Positions 20,016 to 24,000 of a stretch of 24,000 nucleotides of DNA are shown one piece after another; the first letter of the stretch is position 1; the number at the start of each line of letters is the position of its first letter. The DNA is taken from positions 410,997 to 434,996 of the forward strand of contig NZ_BLPF01000002.1 in NCBI RefSeq assembly GCF_011764425.1. Reading direction: 5' to 3'. The notes beneath the pieces were generated by a model. The model had not been told where the DNA came from. It saw nothing but the letters and a program-made list of their open reading frames with translations, and did no database searches. Made by a program: the position numbers and the translations under genes. The DNA is from Phytohabitans houttuyneae (GTDB lineage: Bacteria > Actinomycetota > Actinomycetes > Mycobacteriales > Micromonosporaceae).

Positions 20016-21017
20016 ATGACCGTATATCCCCCTCCGCCGCAGGAAATCCGGGTGCCCACCACCGTCACCGGCCCGCGCGCGGTCGCCGACGCGGTGACCG
20101 CCAACGTCGAGCAGGTGCTGCGCGGCAAGACGGAGGCGATCCGGCTGGCGCTGTCGTGCCTGCTCGCCGGCGGCCACCTGCTGATCGAGGACCTGCCGGG
20201 CACCGGCAAGACGTCGCTGGCCAAGGCGCTGGCGGCGAGCATCGGCGGCACGTCGCACCGCATCCAGTTCACGCCCGACCTGCTGCCGACCGACATCACC
20301 GGTGTGTCCGTGTGGGATCCCGAGCGCCGCGCGTTCGACTTCCGGCCCGGTCCGGTCTTCGCCAACGTGGTCGTGGCCGACGAGATCAACCGCGCCTCGC
20401 CGAAGACGCAGTCGGCGCTGCTGGAGGTGATGGAGGAGGACCAGGTCACGATCGACGGCGTCGCGCACCGGGTGCCGTCGCCGTTCCTCGTGGTGGCCAC
20501 GCAGAACCCGATCGACCTGGAGGGCACGTACCGGCTGCCCGAGGCGCAGCTGGACCGGTTTCTCATGCGCATCTCGCTGGGCCACCCCGACCCGGCGGTC
20601 GAGGAGGAGATCCTGACCGGGCGGTCCCGCGCGGCCGTCCCGGTGCTGCGCCCGGTCACCTCGCCGGAGCAGATCGACCAGGTCCGGCGGACCGTCGCCA
20701 CCATACACACGGCGCCGGAGATCGCCCGCTACATCGCTCTGATCGCCGACGGTACCCGCCACCACGACGCGCTGCGGCTCGGCGCGAGCACGCGCGGCAG
20801 CCTCGCGCTGCTGCGGGCCGCGCAGGCGCACGCGGTCTGCGCGGGGCGGCACTTCGTGGTGCCCGACGACGTCAAAGCCACCGCGGCGGCCGTGCTCACC
20901 CACCGGCTGGTGGTGGCCGCGCAGGCCGAGGTCCGTGGCGTGACGCCGGCCGCCGTCCTCGCCGAGGTGCTCGACTCGGTCGCCGTACCGACGCCGGTCG
21001 TGGCGGGCCGGACGTGA
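20016..21017 (+). CDS. MoxR-family AAA+ ATPase, 333 aa
   Basis: RBS GAGGA lies ~10 nt upstream of ATG 20016, which is 13 nt after the kinase stop. Walker A is LPGTGKTSLAKA and Walker B is VVVADEINRASPKTQSALLEVMEE. The motif ATQNPIDLEGTYRLPEAQLDRF is typical of MoxR. Confidence 0.95.
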   Translation: MTVYPPPPQEIRVPTTVTGPRAVADAVTANVEQVLRGKTEAIRLALSCLLAGGHLLIEDLPGTGKTSLAKALAASIGGTSHRIQFTPDLLPTDITGVSVWDPERRAFDFRPGPVFANVVVADEINRASPKTQSALLEVMEEDQVTIDGVAHRVPSPFLVVATQNPIDLEGTYRLPEAQLDRFLMRISLGHPDPAVEEEILTGRSRAAVPVLRPVTSPEQIDQVRRTVATIHTAPEIARYIALIADGTRHHDALRLGASTRGSLALLRAAQAHAVCAGRHFVVPDDVKATAAAVLTHRLVVAAQAEVRGVTPAAVLAEVLDSVAVPTPVVAGRT

Positions 21018-22168
21018 GGCGGCTGACGGTCACGGGTACGGGCATCGCCGTCGCCGCCGGCGCGCTGGCGTCATACGCGTTGGGCCTCGCGCTCGGGTAC
21101 CGCGTGCTCGTGGCCTTGGCCGTCGGCGGGCTGGCCATGCTCGTGGTCGCGACGCTGGCGGTGGCGCTGCGGCCGTCCGTCACCCTCGCCCGCGCGGTGC
21201 ACCCCGACCGCGTGACCGTCGGCGAACCCGCCGAAGGCCGCCTCGACCTGCGCAACACCTCGCGCTGGCCGGCGCCCGGCTTCACCGCCGTCGACCTGGT
21301 CGGCGGCGTCGAGGTCCCGCTCGCCGTGCGGGCACTGGCCGGCCGCGGCCGCCGCACCATCCACTTTCCGGTGTGGGCCGCCCGCCGGGGCCGGCTGCGG
21401 CTCGGGCCGCTGACCGTGGAACGGCGCGACCCGCTCGGCCTGTTCGCCTGGCGGCAGCGGCAGACCGCCGACGGCGTGCTCTGGGTGCATCCGCGGGTGC
21501 ACGAGATGCGGCCGCTGCCGGTCGGCGTGGTGCTCGACTACGAGGGGCGCAACTTCGACAACGCGCGGCTGGGCACGGTCACCTTCTCCTCGCTGCGCGA
21601 GTACGTGCCCGGCGACGACCCCCGCCAGATCCACTGGCGCTCCACGGCTCGCACCGGGGTGCTGACCGTCCGGGAGCACGTCGACACGACCGAGCCCACC
21701 ACCACCGTCGTACTCGACACGCATCCGTCCAATCTGGACGCCGACGCCTTCGAGCACGCCGTCGAGTTCGCCGCGTCCGTGGTGCGGGCGGTGGAGCGGA
21801 TCGGTCGCCCGGTGGCGTTGCACATTCTCGGCGAGCGAGCGGCCGACGTCGCCGCGTCCGGCGCCACCGGCCCGCTGGACCGGCTGGCGCTGGCCGAGCG
21901 CACCGAGTCCGCCTCGCTTGTCGACGCGCTGGACCGGATACCCGCCGGTGGGGCGCTCGTTGCCGTCACGGGTGCGTTGCCGCCGGCCGCCATGACCCGC
22001 CTGGCCGAGCAGCGCCGCCGCTTCGCGCCGGTCGTGGTGACCGTGCTGGACCCGGCCACCGAGACGGGCGGCATCCGGCGCCGGCCGGGCATGGCCATGC
22101 TGAGCGCCCGCTCGGGTGTCGAGGCCACCGCCGCCTGGCACCGCATGATCAACGGAGACGTGGGATGA
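21014..22168 (+). CDS. DUF58 (vWA-like) protein, the usual partner of MoxR, 384 aa
   Basis: GTG 21014 overlaps the MoxR stop (GTGA). There are two N-terminal TM segments. The hallmark motif is LREYVPGDDPRQIHWRSTARTGVLTVREH. Confidence 0.9.
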   Translation: MRRLTVTGTGIAVAAGALASYALGLALGYRVLVALAVGGLAMLVVATLAVALRPSVTLARAVHPDRVTVGEPAEGRLDLRNTSRWPAPGFTAVDLVGGVEVPLAVRALAGRGRRTIHFPVWAARRGRLRLGPLTVERRDPLGLFAWRQRQTADGVLWVHPRVHEMRPLPVGVVLDYEGRNFDNARLGTVTFSSLREYVPGDDPRQIHWRSTARTGVLTVREHVDTTEPTTTVVLDTHPSNLDADAFEHAVEFAASVVRAVERIGRPVALHILGERAADVAASGATGPLDRLALAERTESASLVDALDRIPAGGALVAVTGALPPAAMTRLAEQRRRFAPVVVTVLDPATETGGIRRRPGMAMLSARSGVEATAAWHRMINGDVG

Positions 22169-24000
22169 GCTTCCTGCGAGTGGCCGTCGCGGTCGCGCTC
22201 GGCGTGCTCGCCGGTTCGGCGTTCGGGCCGGCCTTCGGCGGCATGACCGGCGACTTCCTCCTCGTGCTCGGTGGCACGTGCGCCGCGGCCGGGTTCGTCG
22301 CACTGGCCGCGGCGGCGTTCCCGCGCCTGCCGTCCGCACTGGTGGCCGTGGCCGGCGCCGTCGCGGTGGTGCTCACCGCGATGATCCTCACCGGCACCCG
22401 CGCCGGCGTGCTCGACGGACCGTGGCAGCTGCTCACCGGCGCGGTACCCGCCGAGCCGGCCGGCCCACCCCTCGCAGCCGCCGCGGTCGTGGCAGGCTGG
22501 TTGACGCTCGCCGCGGGCCTGCTCGCCGCGTACGCCACCCGTCCGCTCACCGCCGCCGCTCCGCCGCTCGCCGGACTGCTGCTCGCGCTGGCCTTGGGCG
22601 CCTCCGGGCCGCCGCTGCCCGGCTGGTACCCGCTGCCGCTGGTCGCCCTGTTGGTGGCCCTGCTGATCGCCGCGCGCCCCGCGCCACCGCCGCTGGCCGC
22701 GCTGGCCGGCGGAGCGCTCACCGCGGCCGTCGCGGTCGTCGCCGCCGCACTGATCGGCCCGGCGGCACCGAGCCTCGGCCGCCCGCCGGCCGACCCCCGC
22801 GACCTGATCGCCGGCCCGATCCAGCCACGCACCGGGGTGAGCCCGCTGCAGCAGTACCTCGCCCTGCGCAACGGCACGCAGGCGCTCCGCCTGACCGGCA
22901 CCACCTCCCGCCCCGGCAGCCTGCTGCGGATGGCCACGCTGACCCGCTTCGACGGCGTCTACTGGACCGTCGACGGCGACTTCCGCCGAGCCGGCACGAC
23001 CCTGCCCGCCGGTGGCCCGGCATCCGAGCGGCGGCTCACGGTGACGCAGCGGGTGCGGGTCGAGGCCGGCGAGCTCGACTGGCTGGTGACCGCGGGCCGC
23101 CCGACCGGGCTGTCGGTGCCGGGGCTCGGCGTCGACGAGGCCACCGGCGACGTCGCGGTGCCCGCCGACACGGCACCGCCGGACGGGTACACCGCGACCT
23201 CCGTCGTGACCGAGGCCAGCTTCGACGAGGTCCTCGCGGCCGACCCGGCAGCCGCACCCGGGACGATGCCCGCGCCGCCAGCGCAGCTGCGCAGCTTCCT
23301 CGACACCGCGGTCGCCGGCTGGCCGGCCGGGTCGGACCAGCTGCTCGCGCTCTACCGGCACTTCCGGACGGAGGGCGGCTTCCGGTACGACCAGTCCGCG
23401 GAAGCCGCCGGCGGCCACGGCTACTTCCGGATCCAGCGCCTGCTGACCGACAAGCGCGGCACGAGCGAGCAGTACGCCAGCGCGTACGCCACGATGGCCC
23501 GGCAGCTCGGCTTCGACGCGCGGGTGGTGATGGGGCTGCGGGCGCGGTACGACGGGGAAGCGTTCGTGGCCGAGGGCAAGGACGTCGACGCGTGGGTCGA
23601 GGTGCGTTTCAACGGCCTCGGCTGGATCAGCATCGACCCGAGCCCTCGCGAGAACCCGATCGGCACCCGGCCCGACGCGCCACCGGCGGCGTCCCGCAGC
23701 ACCCCGCTGGACGACCCGCTGCGCGACGCCGACCAGACACCCCCGCCGGCCGCCGCCGAGCCCGCGGTCGAAGACGGCGAGGAGGCCGCCGCCGGTGCCG
23801 ACCAGACCGCCGCCGGGCCGGCCACGCCGCTGGTGGTCGCCCTTGGCGCCGGCATCCTGGTACTGCTGCTCGCGGCACCGCCGGCGGCGAAGGCGATCCG
23901 CCGCGTGCGCCGCCGCCGCGCCCGCTCCGACCGGCAGGCCGTCCTCGGCGCCTGGCGCGAGACGCTGGACCGGCTGCAGGAGGCGGGGGTACACGTCGGG
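22165..24000 (+). CDS. Transglutaminase-like polytopic membrane protein (TgpA-like), 3'-truncated by the window. The catalytic Cys and His positions are substituted.
   Basis: This gene is not in the supplied ORF track because it has no stop in the window. I translated frame 1 myself from ATG 22165 (ATGA overlap with the DUF58 stop, RBS GGAG at 22154-22157), and it is open to nt 24000. The N-terminus has several hydrophobic segments. The transglutaminase core is RGTSEQYASAYATMARQLGFDARVVMGL...KDVDAWVEVRFNGLGWISIDPSP. A further TM segment lies near 23820-23880. Confidence 0.8.
   Translation, partial: MSFLRVAVAVALGVLAGSAFGPAFGGMTGDFLLVLGGTCAAAGFVALAAAAFPRLPSALVAVAGAVAVVLTAMILTGTRAGVLDGPWQLLTGAVPAEPAGPPLAAAAVVAGWLTLAAGLLAAYATRPLTAAAPPLAGLLLALALGASGPPLPGWYPLPLVALLVALLIAARPAPPPLAALAGGALTAAVAVVAAALIGPAAPSLGRPPADPRDLIAGPIQPRTGVSPLQQYLALRNGTQALRLTGTTSRPGSLLRMATLTRFDGVYWTVDGDFRRAGTTLPAGGPASERRLTVTQRVRVEAGELDWLVTAGRPTGLSVPGLGVDEATGDVAVPADTAPPDGYTATSVVTEASFDEVLAADPAAAPGTMPAPPAQLRSFLDTAVAGWPAGSDQLLALYRHFRTEGGFRYDQSAEAAGGHGYFRIQRLLTDKRGTSEQYASAYATMARQLGFDARVVMGLRARYDGEAFVAEGKDVDAWVEVRFNGLGWISIDPSPRENPIGTRPDAPPAASRSTPLDDPLRDADQTPPPAAAEPAVEDGEEAAAGADQTAAGPATPLVVALGAGILVLLLAAPPAAKAIRRVRRRRARSDRQAVLGAWRETLDRLQEAGVHVG

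Overview
This is a very GC-rich, gene-dense actinobacterial chromosomal segment. By eye I found no rRNA, tRNA, CRISPR array or IS element.

Gene content, left to right:
1. The 3' part of an EntS-like MFS exporter, followed by a single-module NRPS (C-A-T-TE).
2. A type VII secretion (T7SS)-like island. On the minus strand, a WXG100 gene is followed by a ~1440-aa ATPase with a beta-grasp-like domain, an FHA domain and three FtsK/SpoIIIE domains (EssC/EccC-like). A 75-bp palindrome-bearing spacer separates it from a divergent plus-strand operon of six tightly or translationally coupled genes. These are a WXG-like protein, an EspG-like protein, a two-domain peptidoglycan hydrolase, a 104-aa helical protein, a 318-aa protein with an Esx-like N-terminus, and a second EspG-like protein.
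3. A Ser/Thr signalling block. It holds a kinase-less membrane protein (beta-rich ectodomain plus five Cys-paired PASTA repeats), a divergent FHA-HTH protein, and a tandem pseudokinase-kinase with an FN3-like ectodomain.
4. A MoxR AAA+ / DUF58 / transglutaminase-like membrane protein triad in the same orientation. The transglutaminase catalytic Cys and His positions read Ser and Asp.

Main caveat: I found at least 11 reading-frame breaks. Each is equivalent to one missing base in a short C or G homopolymer. They split the NRPS, the T7SS ATPase, the PASTA protein and the kinase. Three of them compensate each other and hide the ATPase FHA domain inside an ORF that looks intact. I read these as homopolymer sequencing errors rather than pseudogenes.

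The most interesting candidate system is the minimal WXG100/EssC-like module with its EspG-like-chaperoned cargo operon, sitting next to FHA, PASTA and kinase signalling genes.
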